DNA of 54,443 nt from a virus (taxonomy: Duplodnaviria > Heunggongvirae > Uroviricota > Caudoviricetes). Positions 18,707-29,526 of the stretch are shown in pieces. A model generated the notes under the pieces. The model did not search any database. It was not told the origin of the DNA and saw nothing but the letters and a program-made list of their open reading frames with translations. A program made the translations under genes and the position numbers. The stretch lies in IMG/VR virus record IMGVR_UViG_2579778982_000031; one strand, 5' to 3'. Each line of letters opens with the position of its first letter. Position 1 is the stretch's first letter.

Positions 18707-20202
18707 TGACGATAAGCTTTAACACCATTCCGTCGAATACGCTGGTTCCGATTTTTTATGCGGAAATGGATAACTCGGCGGCGAATACTGCACAGGACAG
18801 CGGAGCATCGCTGCTGATTGGTCATGCCAATAACGGTGCAGAGATTGTTGCCAACAGTCTGGTGCTGATGCCATCGGCAGACTATGCACGCCAGATTTGT
18901 GGTGCGGGAAGTCAGCTGGCGCGTATGGTCGAGGCTTATCGCCAGACCGACCCGTTTGGTGAACTGTATGTAATTGCCGTTCCTGAATCCACGGGCGCGG
19001 CGGCAACGGTTACGCTGACGGTGACCGGGGCGGCAACCGAAACCGGCACGGTGAATGTTTATGTGGGACGTACCCGCGTGCAGGCACCGGTGACCAACGG
19101 CGATAACGTCACGACGATTGCCAGCAGTATCAAAGATGCCATTAATGCCGTTCCGGCCCTGCCGTTTACGGCCTCATCTTCGGCAGGCGTGGTCACGCTG
19201 ACCGCGCGTCATAAGGGGCTTTGCGGGAATGAAATTCCTGTCAGCCTCAATTACTACGGCTTTGGTGGGGGCGAAGTGCTGCCAGCGGGCGTACAGATTG
19301 CTGTGGCGACGGGGAGCGCCGGAACGGGCGCTCCGGTTCTCACCGGCGCGGTGGCTGCAATGGCGGATGAGCCGTTTGATTATATTGGCCTGCCGTTCAA
19401 CGACACGGCCTCCGTTAACACGCTGGTGACAGAGATGAACGATACCAGCGGTCGCTGGAGCTATGCGCGTCAGCTGTATGGTCATGTGTATACGGCAAAG
19501 ATCGGCACGCTGTCAGAACTGGTGAACGCAGGTGACCAGTTTAACCAGCAGCACATTACCCTGGCGGGATACGAAAAAGAGACCCAGACGCCTGCCGACG
19601 AGCTGGCGGCAAGCCGTACCGCCCGCGCAGCGGTGTTTATTCGCAACGATCCGGCACGTCCCACGCAGACCGGTGAGCTGGTGGGTATGCTGCCTGCGCC
19701 GAAGGGGAAACGGTTCACGATGACCGAACAACAGACCCTGCTGTCTCATGGCGTGGCAACGGCGTATGTCGAAAGCGGGGTGCTGCGCATTCAGCGTGAT
19801 GTCACCACGTACAGGAAAAACGCTTACGGTGTTGCGGATAACAGCTACCTCGACAGCGAGACGCTGCATACCAGCGCGTATGTGCTGCGCAAACTGAAAT
19901 CCGTCATTACCAGTAAGTACGGGCGTCACAAGCTTGCCAGCGACGGTACCCGCTTTGGTCCCGGTCAGGCGATTGTCACACCGGCGGTGATCAAAGGGGA
20001 ACTGCTGGCAACCTACCGTCAGCTTGAGCGTGCGGGGATCGTGGAAAACTACGAACTGTTTAAGCAGTACCTGGTTGTGGAGCGTGATGCCAGCGATCCG
20101 AACCGCCTGAACACGCTGTTCCCGCCTGACTATGTTAACCAGTTGCGTGTCTTTGCCGTGGTTAACCAGTTCCGTCTTCAGTATTCAGAGGAGTCTGCAT
20201 AA
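18706..20202 (+). CDS. Contractile tail sheath protein (Mu L-like)
   Basis: 498 aa at the head of the tail module, followed by a tube-sized gene. Confidence 0.8.
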   Translation: MTISFNTIPSNTLVPIFYAEMDNSAANTAQDSGASLLIGHANNGAEIVANSLVLMPSADYARQICGAGSQLARMVEAYRQTDPFGELYVIAVPESTGAAATVTLTVTGAATETGTVNVYVGRTRVQAPVTNGDNVTTIASSIKDAINAVPALPFTASSSAGVVTLTARHKGLCGNEIPVSLNYYGFGGGEVLPAGVQIAVATGSAGTGAPVLTGAVAAMADEPFDYIGLPFNDTASVNTLVTEMNDTSGRWSYARQLYGHVYTAKIGTLSELVNAGDQFNQQHITLAGYEKETQTPADELAASRTARAAVFIRNDPARPTQTGELVGMLPAPKGKRFTMTEQQTLLSHGVATAYVESGVLRIQRDVTTYRKNAYGVADNSYLDSETLHTSAYVLRKLKSVITSKYGRHKLASDGTRFGPGQAIVTPAVIKGELLATYRQLERAGIVENYELFKQYLVVERDASDPNRLNTLFPPDYVNQLRVFAVVNQFRLQYSEESA

Positions 20203-20558
20203 TGGCCCGTATCGGGGGAACCTGTTATTTCAAAATTGACGGTCAGCAGCTATCGCTGACCGGCGGCATTGAGGTGCCCATGAACAGGACGGTCAATGAT
20301 GACATCATCGGCCTGGACGGTTCAGTGGACCGCAAGGAAACTCACCGTGCGCCTTATGTCAAAGGGACCTTCAAGGTGCCGAAGAATTTTCCGGTGAGCA
20401 AAATCACCTCGTCTGATGAGATGACCATCACTGCCGAGCTGGCAAACGGTCAGGTCTATGTACTGTCGTCTGCCTGGCTGCACGGCGAAGCGAACCATAA
20501 TGCCGAAGAAGGCACGGTCGATCTTGAGTTCCACGGTGAAGAAGGGGATTACCAGTAA
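20202..20558 (+). CDS. Tail tube protein (Mu M-like)
   Basis: 118 aa directly after the sheath with ATGA-type coupling. Confidence 0.7.
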   Translation: MARIGGTCYFKIDGQQLSLTGGIEVPMNRTVNDDIIGLDGSVDRKETHRAPYVKGTFKVPKNFPVSKITSSDEMTITAELANGQVYVLSSAWLHGEANHNAEEGTVDLEFHGEEGDYQ

Positions 20559-20827
20559 TGAAAGAGCTTGAGTTAAAGAAACCGATTACCGCTCATGGCG
20601 AGACACTCTCCGTACTGGAGTTTGATGAGCCCACCGGGAAAGATGTCCGCGAGCTGGGATATCCCTACCAGATGAATCAGGATGAGTCCGTCAGACTTCT
20701 GGCGCATGTGGTATCGAAATACATCGTGCGGCTGGCGAAAGTGCCGCAAAGCTCTGTCGACCAGATGTCTCCGGCAGACCTGAATGCAGCGGCGTGGCTT
20801 GTGGCCGGTTTTTTCCTCCAGGCCTGA
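20558..20827 (+). CDS. Tail assembly chaperone (0-frame product)
   Basis: 89-aa ORF between tube and tape measure; ends just after a T TTT TTC slippery heptamer. Confidence 0.6.
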   Translation: MKELELKKPITAHGETLSVLEFDEPTGKDVRELGYPYQMNQDESVRLLAHVVSKYIVRLAKVPQSSVDQMSPADLNAAAWLVAGFFLQA

Positions 20828-20976
20828 CGGCTGAATACCTCACTGATCGCTTCTTTGACTGCGCCAGTTACTGGCGCATTAATCCCTTCGAATTGCTGAA
20901 TATGCCGATCAGTGAAATTCCCTTGCTGGTCAGTCAGGCAAACAGGATAGAGCAGGAGAAACGCACACATGGCTGA
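20794..20976 (+). CDS. Tail assembly chaperone, -1 frameshift extension
   Basis: ORF in the -1 frame overlapping the chaperone 3' end and reaching the tape-measure start; slippery site at 20809-20815. Confidence 0.45.
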   Translation: MACGRFFPPGLTAEYLTDRFFDCASYWRINPFELLNMPISEIPLLVSQANRIEQEKRTHG

Positions 20977-22804
20977 ATTTGAGCTTAAGGCGTTGATCAC
21001 CGGTGTCGACAGGCTTTCTCCCGCGCTGTCGAAAATGCAAAAGAAAATCCGGGGATTTAAACGCCAGGCGGAAGAAGCGTCACAGGGTGGGCTGGCGCTT
21101 GGTGGCGGACTGGCAGCGGGTCTGACGCTTTCCCTGAAATCTTATGCCGATCAGGAAAACGCCGCCACCGGGCTGAAAGTCGCCATGATGGATGCGAACG
21201 GCGAGGTTGGAAAGAGCTTTCAGGACATCAATAAACTGGCTATTGGCCTGGGTAACCAGCTACCCGGTACAACGGCTGATTTCCAGAACATGATGCAGAT
21301 GCTGGTGCGTCAGGGGATCCCGGCAGAAAACATTCTTGGTGGTGTGGGTAAAGCGACAGCTTATCTTGCGGTACAACTGAAAAAAACACCGGAAGCGGCT
21401 GCTGAGTTTGCTGCAAAGATGCAGGATGCTACCGGAACGGCGTCAGAAGACATGATGGGGCTGTTCGACACTATCCAGAAGGCGTTTTATCTGGGCGTTG
21501 ATGATACCAACATGTTGTCCTTCTTCACTAAAACCAGTTCTGTTCTGAAAATGGTGAATAAGGACGGTCTTCAGGCTGCACAGAGTCTTGCCCCCATCAG
21601 TGTCATGATGGATCAGATGGGGATGAACGGGGAGTCGGCAGGTAATGCCCTGCGAAAAGTTATCCAGTCCGGATTAAGCGTTAAGAAAATCAGGGACGTC
21701 AATAAAATCATGGCCCGCCAGAAACTCGGGGTACAGCTCGATTTTACTGATGGCAAAGGGAGTTTTGGCGGTCTTGATAACATGTTCAGGCAACTGGCAA
21801 AGCTGCGAAAACTGACCGACGTTAAGCGAACCGGTGTACTTAAGGCAATATTTGGTGATGATGCCGAAACCCTTCAGGTGGTCAATGCGCTGATCGATAA
21901 AGGAAAGGATGGCTACGATCAGATCCAGCAGAAGATGAATAAACAGGCCAGCCTGAATAAACGTGTTCAGGCTCAGCTTGGTACGCTGTCCAACCTGTGG
22001 GAGGCAATGACGGGGACCGCAACTAACGGCCTTGCGGCTATTGGCGGCGCATTTTCTGGTGACGCTAAAAATATCACGCAATGGCTGGGGGAGTTAGGGG
22101 AAAAATTCACGAAGTTTGCGGATGAAAATCCCCGGGTTATTCGCGGCGTCGTCGGGCTTGCTGCCGGTCTTGCGATTCTGAAACTGGGATTGATGGGCGT
22201 TGGCGGTGCCATCAGTATTGTCAGCAGGATCATGTCGATGACGCCGATTGGCATGATTGCGACGGCGATAGCCCTCGCTGCGGGATTAATTATCACTAAC
22301 TGGGATGTTGTCGGACCTTATTTTAAGAAACTCTGGGAAACCATTGGTCCTTATTTTGAGACTGGCTGGGAACTTCTTAAGAAGGTTTTTGCCTGGTCGC
22401 CGCTGGGGATGGTGATCAATAACTGGGGACCGGTTGTTAAGTGGTTTCAGGATATGTGGGACAAGCTGAAGCCAATTATTGAGTGGTTTACCGACAGTTC
22501 CGGTGACACGGTCGATGCCATTAACTCTGCGCAGTGGGGCGCGGGTGCTTATGATGCTTATGGGACGGGAATACCGGCGCGGGGATACACACCTTATCCG
22601 GCGGTAGATCCGGCTCAGTCAAACAACGCCTCCGGTGCCACAGGCCTGAATCCCTTCATGATTAACAAAGCTTCTGCGCCAAAAGTTGATGGTGAGATCA
22701 AGGTCTCTTTTGTGAATTCGCCTCCGGGTATGCGGGTTATGGAAACGCGATCCAGCGGTTTTGATGTCAGCCATGATGTTGGCTATACGCGCTTTGGCAG
22801 GTAA
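20969..22804 (+). CDS. Tail tape measure protein
   Basis: 611 aa, alpha-helical and Ala/Gly-rich with a hydrophobic central segment; canonical position. Confidence 0.8.
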   Translation: MAEFELKALITGVDRLSPALSKMQKKIRGFKRQAEEASQGGLALGGGLAAGLTLSLKSYADQENAATGLKVAMMDANGEVGKSFQDINKLAIGLGNQLPGTTADFQNMMQMLVRQGIPAENILGGVGKATAYLAVQLKKTPEAAAEFAAKMQDATGTASEDMMGLFDTIQKAFYLGVDDTNMLSFFTKTSSVLKMVNKDGLQAAQSLAPISVMMDQMGMNGESAGNALRKVIQSGLSVKKIRDVNKIMARQKLGVQLDFTDGKGSFGGLDNMFRQLAKLRKLTDVKRTGVLKAIFGDDAETLQVVNALIDKGKDGYDQIQQKMNKQASLNKRVQAQLGTLSNLWEAMTGTATNGLAAIGGAFSGDAKNITQWLGELGEKFTKFADENPRVIRGVVGLAAGLAILKLGLMGVGGAISIVSRIMSMTPIGMIATAIALAAGLIITNWDVVGPYFKKLWETIGPYFETGWELLKKVFAWSPLGMVINNWGPVVKWFQDMWDKLKPIIEWFTDSSGDTVDAINSAQWGAGAYDAYGTGIPARGYTPYPAVDPAQSNNASGATGLNPFMINKASAPKVDGEIKVSFVNSPPGMRVMETRSSGFDVSHDVGYTRFGR

Positions 22805-22864
22805 TGAAAAATTAATCTGTTAATGAGTCCCACTCCGGTGGGATTTTTTATGTACGGAGTTTAT

Positions 22865-24193
22865 ATGACGTGGAAAGACAGACTTCAGGACGCGTCATTT
22901 CGCGGTGTGCCGTTTAAGGTTGAAGAAGAAAGTGCGGGAACCGGTCGTCGTGTGGAAACGCACGAATACCCGAACCGCGACAAACCCTATACCGAAGACC
23001 TGGGGAAAATCACTTTCCGCCCGTCCATCACGGCTTATGTGGTGGGAGATGACTGCTTTGACCAGCGCGATCGCCTGATTGACGCGCTGAATAAACCCGG
23101 TCCCGGCACGCTTGTCCATCCGACTTACGGTGAGCTGAAAGTCTGTGTTGACGGAGAGGTTCGGGTCAGCACATCGAAGAGTGAAGGGCGTATTGTCCGC
23201 TTTGACCTGAAGTTTGTCGAAGCGGGAGAACTCTCTTACCCCACATCAGGTGCGGCGACGGCGCAGACGCTGATGTCATCCTGTTCTGCACTGGATGACT
23301 GCATCAGTGACAGTTTCAGTAGTTTCAGTATCGATGGCGTGGCAGATTTTGTGCAGAACGACGTCGTCGGTAATGCCAGCACAATGCTTGGGTATGTTTC
23401 TGATGCGATGAAAGTGGTGGATTCTGCCGTATCGGATGCCGCCAGGCTGTTGCAGGGGGATATCTCGGTACTTCTGCCGCCGCCATCGTCAGGCAAAAAT
23501 TTCGTTGAGCAGGTGCAGAAAATGTGGCGTACCGGGAAACGCCTTTATGGTAACGCCAGCGACCTGGTCACCATGATCAAAACGCTTTCCGGTGTCAGCC
23601 TCGGCAGCGATCTGCAACCGCGCGGCGTCTGGAAAACGGACAGTAAAACCACCGCCACGGCTACGCAGCAGCGTAACGTGGTTGCCAGCACCCTTCGTAC
23701 GACCGCAATCAGCGAAGCGGCGTATGCCGTCACCCGATTGCCTACGCCAACAACTTCCGCGGTGATGCAGAATGCCGCAGTGGGGCAGGCAACAACACCT
23801 GCGCAGAGCACTGGCTGGCCTTCCGTCACGCATCCGGCACTGAACAATGCACCGGCGGTGAAAAACACAGTTGACCTGCCGACGTGGGAAGAACTGACTG
23901 ACATTCGCGACACACTGAATACGGCAATTGATAAGGAGTTGTCCCGTACAACCAGTGATGCGCTGTTTCTGGCGCTGCGCCGGGTGAAAGCAGATCTGAA
24001 TGCGGATATCAACACGCGCCTTGAACAGTCTGCACGGATCATTCAGCGCACGCCGGATGAGGTTTTACCCGCGCTGGTGCTGGCGGCGACCTGGTTTGAT
24101 AACGCGGCGCGTGACGCGGACATTATCCGGCGTAATGCCATTACGCATCCCGGCTTTGTGCCGGTGATCCCTCTGAAGGTGCCAGTGCAATGA
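22865..24193 (+). CDS. DNA circularisation protein (Mu N-like)
   Basis: N-terminal WKDRLQDASFRGVPF...HEYPNRDKPYTEDLG pattern of Mu gpN-family proteins; ATG at 22865 chosen. Confidence 0.7.
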   Translation: MTWKDRLQDASFRGVPFKVEEESAGTGRRVETHEYPNRDKPYTEDLGKITFRPSITAYVVGDDCFDQRDRLIDALNKPGPGTLVHPTYGELKVCVDGEVRVSTSKSEGRIVRFDLKFVEAGELSYPTSGAATAQTLMSSCSALDDCISDSFSSFSIDGVADFVQNDVVGNASTMLGYVSDAMKVVDSAVSDAARLLQGDISVLLPPPSSGKNFVEQVQKMWRTGKRLYGNASDLVTMIKTLSGVSLGSDLQPRGVWKTDSKTTATATQQRNVVASTLRTTAISEAAYAVTRLPTPTTSAVMQNAAVGQATTPAQSTGWPSVTHPALNNAPAVKNTVDLPTWEELTDIRDTLNTAIDKELSRTTSDALFLALRRVKADLNADINTRLEQSARIIQRTPDEVLPALVLAATWFDNAARDADIIRRNAITHPGFVPVIPLKVPVQ

Positions 24194-25269
24194 ACGATAA
24201 CGTCACGCTACGGGTAAATGGCCGGGAGTGGAATGGCTGGACATCGGTGCGCATCGGTGCCGGTATTGAACGGCTGGCGCGGGATTTCAGTGTGGAGATC
24301 ACCCGCCAGTGGCCGGGAGATGAGGGTATCACCACGCTTCAGCCGCGCATTAAAAACGGTTCAAAAGTGGAAGTGCTGATTGGTGATGAGCTGGTGATCA
24401 CCGGCTGGGTGGAGGCGACGCCCGTTCGGTACGATGCCCGTTCGGTCAGCACCGGTATTGCCGGACGTAGTCTGACGGCTGACCTGATTGACTGTGCAGC
24501 CGAACCGACACAGTTTAACGGACGCTCGCTGGTGCAGATTGCGCAGGCGCTTGCTGCGCCTTTCGGTATTGAGGTGGTGAACAGCGGTGCGCCGTCGGGT
24601 GTTATTCCTGATGTTCAGCCTGATCACGGTGAAACGGTGATTGAGGTAATCAACAAAATACTCGGTCAGCAGCAGGCGCTGGCTTACGACGACCCGCACG
24701 GCAGGCTGGTGATTGGCGGTATTGGCTCAACGCGGGCACATACCGCGCTGGTACTTGGGGAAAACATCCTTTCCTGTGATACGGAGAAGAGTATCCGGGA
24801 GCGGTTTTCTGTTTACCAGGTGGCGGGGCAGCGTGCCGGAAACGACGATGATTTCGGTGAGGCCACCACCACCGCGCTGCGGGCCCGCACAGAGGACGCA
24901 TTTATTGCCCGTTACCGTCCGATGTATATCAGGCAGACAGGGCAGGCTACGGGGGCAGGCTGTATTGCGCGTGCTGACTTTGAAGCCCGGCAACGGGCGG
25001 CGCGGACGGATGAAACCACCTATGTGGTGCAGGGCTGGCGACAGGGTAACGGTACGCTGTGGCAACCCAACCAGCGGGTGATTGTCTTTGATCCGGTCTG
25101 TGGTTTTGACAATACCGAACTGCTTGTTTCGGAAGTCACGTTTACTCAGGACCAGAACGGCACCCTGACGGAAATCCGTGTCGGCCCGCCTGATGCTTAT
25201 CTGCCTGAACCTGAAGCCCCCGGCGCGCGGAAAAAGAAAAAAGCCAGAGTACAGGAGGACCCGTTCTGA
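24190..25269 (+). CDS. Baseplate hub / tail protein (Mu P-like)
   Basis: 359 aa, position after the N-like gene, ATGA overlap. Confidence 0.65.
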   Translation: MNDNVTLRVNGREWNGWTSVRIGAGIERLARDFSVEITRQWPGDEGITTLQPRIKNGSKVEVLIGDELVITGWVEATPVRYDARSVSTGIAGRSLTADLIDCAAEPTQFNGRSLVQIAQALAAPFGIEVVNSGAPSGVIPDVQPDHGETVIEVINKILGQQQALAYDDPHGRLVIGGIGSTRAHTALVLGENILSCDTEKSIRERFSVYQVAGQRAGNDDDFGEATTTALRARTEDAFIARYRPMYIRQTGQATGAGCIARADFEARQRAARTDETTYVVQGWRQGNGTLWQPNQRVIVFDPVCGFDNTELLVSEVTFTQDQNGTLTEIRVGPPDAYLPEPEAPGARKKKKARVQEDPF

Positions 25270-25817
25270 TGAGGACGATTGAAGCCATGCAGCGACAACT
25301 TCTCGGCCTGATTGGGCGGGCAGTGGTGAAAAGCATCAGTGCCGCCACGAAATGTCAGACCGTGGATGTGTCCCTGATTGCCGGTGAACCCAAAGCCGGG
25401 GTTGAACATCTTGAACCCTACGGTTTTACCGCAAGGGCAAACAGCGGTGCGGAAGCGGTGGTGTTGTTTCCGGATGGCGACCGTTCTCATGCGGTGGTTG
25501 TTACGGTGTCGGACCGGCGCTACCGCCTGAAAGGGCTGCAGACGGGTGAGGTGGCTGTCTATGACGATCAGGGGCAGTCTGTGACGCTGACCCGGGAGGG
25601 GATCGTGGTGGACGGTGCAGGTAAAACGATCACGTTTCGCAATGCGCCCAGAGCACGTTTTGAAATGGACCTGGAAGTGACCGGACAGGTGAAAGACCTG
25701 TGCGACTCCGGCGGCACCACCATGTCAGCGATGCGGCTTGCCTATAACGGCCATTGTCACAGAGAGAACGGTCAGGGCAGTAACACCGACAAACCGGATA
25801 AAGCGATGGAGGCATGA
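25269..25817 (+). CDS. Baseplate assembly protein V-like (spike)
   Basis: 182 aa with an OB-fold-like N-terminal region; position. Confidence 0.65.
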   Translation: MRTIEAMQRQLLGLIGRAVVKSISAATKCQTVDVSLIAGEPKAGVEHLEPYGFTARANSGAEAVVLFPDGDRSHAVVVTVSDRRYRLKGLQTGEVAVYDDQGQSVTLTREGIVVDGAGKTITFRNAPRARFEMDLEVTGQVKDLCDSGGTTMSAMRLAYNGHCHRENGQGSNTDKPDKAMEA

Positions 25818-26242
25818 TGGAACTGTGGCTGACGGTGAACGGTAAACGCACCTGCGCCAGCGCACCGCTGGATCCGCTGACCCGCGCCGTGGTGATTTCC
25901 CTGTTTACCTGGCGGCGGGCGGAGCCTGATGACAATGCCGACGTCCCGATGGGATGGTGGGGGGATACCTGGCCTGCGGTACAGAATGACCGTTACGGCT
26001 CCCGGCTGTGGCTGCTTCAGCGCGGCAAACTGACCAATCAGCTGGTGCAGACGGTAAGGGGGTATATCCGCGAATGCCTGCAATGGATGATTGATGACGG
26101 TGTGGTGTCCCGTATTGATCTGGATATCCGCCGCACCGGGATTAATGAACTGGGTAACAGTATCACTCTCTGGCGTCGTGACGGACCGGTAATGATTTCT
26201 TTTGATGATCTGTGGAGTGCGATAACGCATGGCGGACAGTGA
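25814..26242 (+). CDS. Baseplate protein (Mu gp46 / gp25-W-like)
   Basis: 142 aa between the V-like and J-like genes. Confidence 0.6.
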   Translation: MMELWLTVNGKRTCASAPLDPLTRAVVISLFTWRRAEPDDNADVPMGWWGDTWPAVQNDRYGSRLWLLQRGKLTNQLVQTVRGYIRECLQWMIDDGVVSRIDLDIRRTGINELGNSITLWRRDGPVMISFDDLWSAITHGGQ

Positions 26243-27287
26243 ATTTCAGCGCCCGACGCTGGCAGAAAATATCAGTATGCTCCGTAACGATTTATTCGCC
26301 AGGCTGGACGTCAGCGACACGCTCCGGCGCATGGATGAAGACGTGCGGGCAAAGGTGTATGCGGCGGCGCTGCATACGGTTTACGGTTACATCGATTATC
26401 TGGCAATGAACATGCTGCCTGACCTGTGCGATGAGTCCTGGCTGGCGCGACATGCTGCGATGAAACGGTGTCCGCGCAAGGGGGCCACGTCTGCCAGCGG
26501 GTATATGCGCTGGGAAGGTGTCAGCGATGGCCTGAAGGTGACCGCCGGGAGTGTTATTCAGCGCGATGACCTGGTTCAGTACACGGCAACTTCTGATGCA
26601 ACCAGCTCAGGTGGAGTCCTGCGCGTGCCGATCGCCTGCTCAACTGCAGGCGCGGTCGGTAACGCTGACGACGGTACGGCATTAATCCTGGTCACGCCGG
26701 TGAATGGTCTGCCGTCTTCCGGTGTGGCAGATACCCTGACTGGCGGATTCGATACTGAAGATCTGGAAACGTGGCGCGCCCGCGTCATTGAGCGGTATTA
26801 CTGGACGCCGCAGGGCGGGGCTGACGGGGACTATGTCGTCTGGGCTAAAGAAGTGCCCGGCATTACCCGCGCATGGACATACCGTCACTGGATGGGAACG
26901 GGGACTGTCGGTGTGATGATTGCCGGCAGTGACCTGATTAATCCCATTCCGGAAGAATCAACGGAAACGGCGGCAAGACAACATATCGGGCCACTGGCCC
27001 CGGTGGCAGGCTCTGATTTGTATGTGTTCAGGCCGGCGGCGCATACGGTGGATTTTCATATCCGCGTGACGCCGGACACACCAGAAATACGGGCTGCCAT
27101 TACCGCGGAGTTGCGTTCGTTCCTGCTGCGTGATGGTTATCCGCAGGGAGAACTGAAGGTATCGCGTATCAGTGAGGCGATTTCCGGTGCGAACGGGGAA
27201 TACAGCCATCAATTGCTTGCACCGGCGGACAATATCTCCATTGCAAAAAATGAACTGGCGGTTCTGGGGACGATTTCATGGACGTGA
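26229..27287 (+). CDS. Baseplate J-like protein
   Basis: 352 aa; canonical baseplate wedge position and size. Confidence 0.75.
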   Translation: MADSEFQRPTLAENISMLRNDLFARLDVSDTLRRMDEDVRAKVYAAALHTVYGYIDYLAMNMLPDLCDESWLARHAAMKRCPRKGATSASGYMRWEGVSDGLKVTAGSVIQRDDLVQYTATSDATSSGGVLRVPIACSTAGAVGNADDGTALILVTPVNGLPSSGVADTLTGGFDTEDLETWRARVIERYYWTPQGGADGDYVVWAKEVPGITRAWTYRHWMGTGTVGVMIAGSDLINPIPEESTETAARQHIGPLAPVAGSDLYVFRPAAHTVDFHIRVTPDTPEIRAAITAELRSFLLRDGYPQGELKVSRISEAISGANGEYSHQLLAPADNISIAKNELAVLGTISWT

Positions 27288-27862
27288 CAAACGATGATTA
27301 CATCCGTCTGTTGTCGGCACTGCTGCCGCCCGGTCCGGCGTGGTCAGCCAGCGATCCGGCGATTGCCGGTACGGCACCGTCATTAACCCGTGTTCATCAG
27401 CGTGCGGATGCCCTGATGCGGGAGCTGGATCCGCGCACCACCACCGAACTGATAAACCGCTGGGAGCGTCTGTGCGGCCTGCCGGATGAATGTATTCCTA
27501 CAGGGACACAGACCCTTCGCCAGCGCCAGCAACGGCTGGATGCGAAGGTTAACCTGTCGGGTGGCATCAACGAGGATTTTTATCTTGCACAGCTTGCTGC
27601 CCTGGGCAGACCAGATGCTACCATCACGCGATACGACAAAAGCACGTTCACCTGCTCATCGGCCTGTACTGACGCGGTGAATGCGCCGGAATGGCGGTAT
27701 TACTGGCAGATCAACATGCCAGCCGCCACCAACACCACCTGGATGACATGTGGCGATCCCTGTGATTCCGCACTGCGTATCTGGGGCGACACCGTTGTCG
27801 AATGTGTGCTTAACAAACTCTGCCCGTCGCATACCTACGTAATTTTTAAATATCCGGAGTAA
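27278..27862 (+). CDS. Tail protein, YmfQ-like (Mu gp48 family)
   Basis: 194 aa directly upstream of the tail fibre gene, as ymfQ is in e14. Confidence 0.65.
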   Translation: MDVTNDDYIRLLSALLPPGPAWSASDPAIAGTAPSLTRVHQRADALMRELDPRTTTELINRWERLCGLPDECIPTGTQTLRQRQQRLDAKVNLSGGINEDFYLAQLAALGRPDATITRYDKSTFTCSSACTDAVNAPEWRYYWQINMPAATNTTWMTCGDPCDSALRIWGDTVVECVLNKLCPSHTYVIFKYPE

Positions 27863-27865
27863 TCC

Positions 27866-28504
27866 ATGCATCGTATAGACACGAAAACCGCGCAGAAGGA
27901 TAAGTTCGGCGCGGGTAAGAACGGTTTTACCCGTGGTAACCCCCAGACTGGCACGCCTGCCACCGATCTGGATGATGACTACTTTGATATGTTGCAGGAA
28001 GAACTCTGCAGCGTGGTGGAGGCATCCGGTGCCAGCCTGGAGAAGGCGCGGCACGACCAGTTGCTTACCGCGCTTCGTGCGCTGCTGTTAAGCCGCAAGA
28101 ATCCGTTTGGCGATATCAAATCGGATGGCACGGTGAAAACGGCTCTCGAAAACCTTGGTTTGGGAGAAGCGGCAAAACGGAATGTGGGAACAGGGGAAAA
28201 TCAGATACCAGATATGTCTGCATTTCCATCTGGCAAAAACTGGTTTCAGTTACCAAGTGGTCATATTGTCCAAATGTTTTCGATGAATGTTTATGGGGCG
28301 GACACTAACGGAACTACAGGTAATTTCCCTATTGCATTTCCTTCAGGCGCACTGGCTGTTAGTGCCTTATGGTCAGATGGCACATTAACGGCTGCTCCGA
28401 CCTTTAAACTTATGGGGTACACGACAACAAGGACATCAGTAACCTTAAAAGTATCAGCCGGAAATGGTTTGTATGGAACTATGATTATCGCAATAGGAAG
28501 ATAA
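27866..28504 (+). CDS. Tail fibre protein (constant N-terminus plus variable C-terminus in current orientation)
   Basis: Spans the left crossover repeat at ~28150; the part upstream of the repeat is shared with the alternative C-terminus encoded on the opposite strand. Confidence 0.7.
   Translation: MHRIDTKTAQKDKFGAGKNGFTRGNPQTGTPATDLDDDYFDMLQEELCSVVEASGASLEKARHDQLLTALRALLLSRKNPFGDIKSDGTVKTALENLGLGEAAKRNVGTGENQIPDMSAFPSGKNWFQLPSGHIVQMFSMNVYGADTNGTTGNFPIAFPSGALAVSALWSDGTLTAAPTFKLMGYTTTRTSVTLKVSAGNGLYGTMIIAIGR
28150..28168. repeat. Left crossover site of the invertible tail-fibre segment (hix/gix-like)
   Basis: TTGGTTTGGGAGAAG with an AAAACC-TTGGTTT palindromic core inside the fibre gene; inverted copy at 30046-30064. 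Confidence 0.6.
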
Positions 28505-28505
28505 T

Positions 28506-28949
28506 ATGAATCAATATATTTATTCCCCTTCGGAAAATGCTTTTTATGCTGTTAATTTAAAAAACACTTATGAAGTAAATGGAACATGGCCTGCTGATGC
28601 ATTAGATATTCCTGATGACATTTCTGTAAAATATATGGCGGAACCGCCACAAGGGAAAATCCGAGTTGCAGGGGAAAATGGTTTTCCCACATGGGCTGAA
28701 ATACCTCCACCATCACATGAGGAACTTATTGAACAGGCCGAATCAGAGAGGCAATTATTGATTAACCAGGCCAACGAATACATGAACAGTAAACAATGGC
28801 CCGGTAAAGCCGCTATTGGTCGTCTGAAAGGCGAGGAACTGGCACAATATAATTCGTGGCTGGATTATCTGGACGCACTGGAACTGGTCGATACTTCCGG
28901 GGCGCCAGATATTGAATGGCCTACGCCTCCGGCAGTTCAGGCCAGATGA
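28506..28949 (+). CDS. Tail fibre assembly protein (Tfa)
   Basis: 147 aa after the fibre gene; conserved C-terminal PDIEWPTPP motif. Confidence 0.7.
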   Translation: MNQYIYSPSENAFYAVNLKNTYEVNGTWPADALDIPDDISVKYMAEPPQGKIRVAGENGFPTWAEIPPPSHEELIEQAESERQLLINQANEYMNSKQWPGKAAIGRLKGEELAQYNSWLDYLDALELVDTSGAPDIEWPTPPAVQAR

Positions 28950-29526
28950 CATCCGGCGCGGTGCTGGTATCTGTTGCCGTCACCGCGTCAATGTAATCCA
29001 GCACAGCGTTAAGGCGGGTTGTTTCTGCCTGCGTCAGTTTACGTCCGGCCTGTAATTTCAGCTGAATCAGACTGATGGAGGCCATTGCAGTATCAATCAG
29101 TGACTGGCGCTGTGCTTCTGCCGTGTCTACTGCGACGCTATGCTGTGCCTCAGTATCGGTCACCCATTTCTCACCATCCCATTTATCGTATGGTGTTAAC
29201 GGGGCGATAGTTGTGGTATTTTCAGGGTAATCACCCGGAGCTGTGATTTCTTTTGACTCTCCCGTTTTGGTGCTATAGACGATTTCACCGCGATGGTCTG
29301 GCACATATTCCCATGAGTTAAAATTTGCAGAACGACAGATAGCATAACCCACCTTATATGTGCCAGGAGCATCTAAACAGGAATATGCGGGGATACCGAC
29401 ACCCACAGCAAGATATTCAATTGATGCAGAAATATACTCCCGTGTCTCACTGTCATAGTTATAAACGGTAATCTCTCCTGCCTTTGTGGCAATAAATTTA
29501 TTATTTAAGATGGCGTTATACATCAT
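28921..29526 (-). CDS. Alternative tail fibre assembly protein (inverted copy)
   Basis: 201 aa on the opposite strand inside the invertible segment; ends with the Tfa-type motif PDVIWPELPEA. Confidence 0.7.
   Translation of the reverse strand: MMYNAILNNKFIATKAGEITVYNYDSETREYISASIEYLAVGVGIPAYSCLDAPGTYKVGYAICRSANFNSWEYVPDHRGEIVYSTKTGESKEITAPGDYPENTTTIAPLTPYDKWDGEKWVTDTEAQHSVAVDTAEAQRQSLIDTAMASISLIQLKLQAGRKLTQAETTRLNAVLDYIDAVTATDTSTAPDVIWPELPEA

Noticed and set aside
23489-24042. Reverse-strand ORFs of 114 and 165 aa inside the DNA circularisation gene
   Set aside because: Antisense shadows in a GC-rich structural gene.
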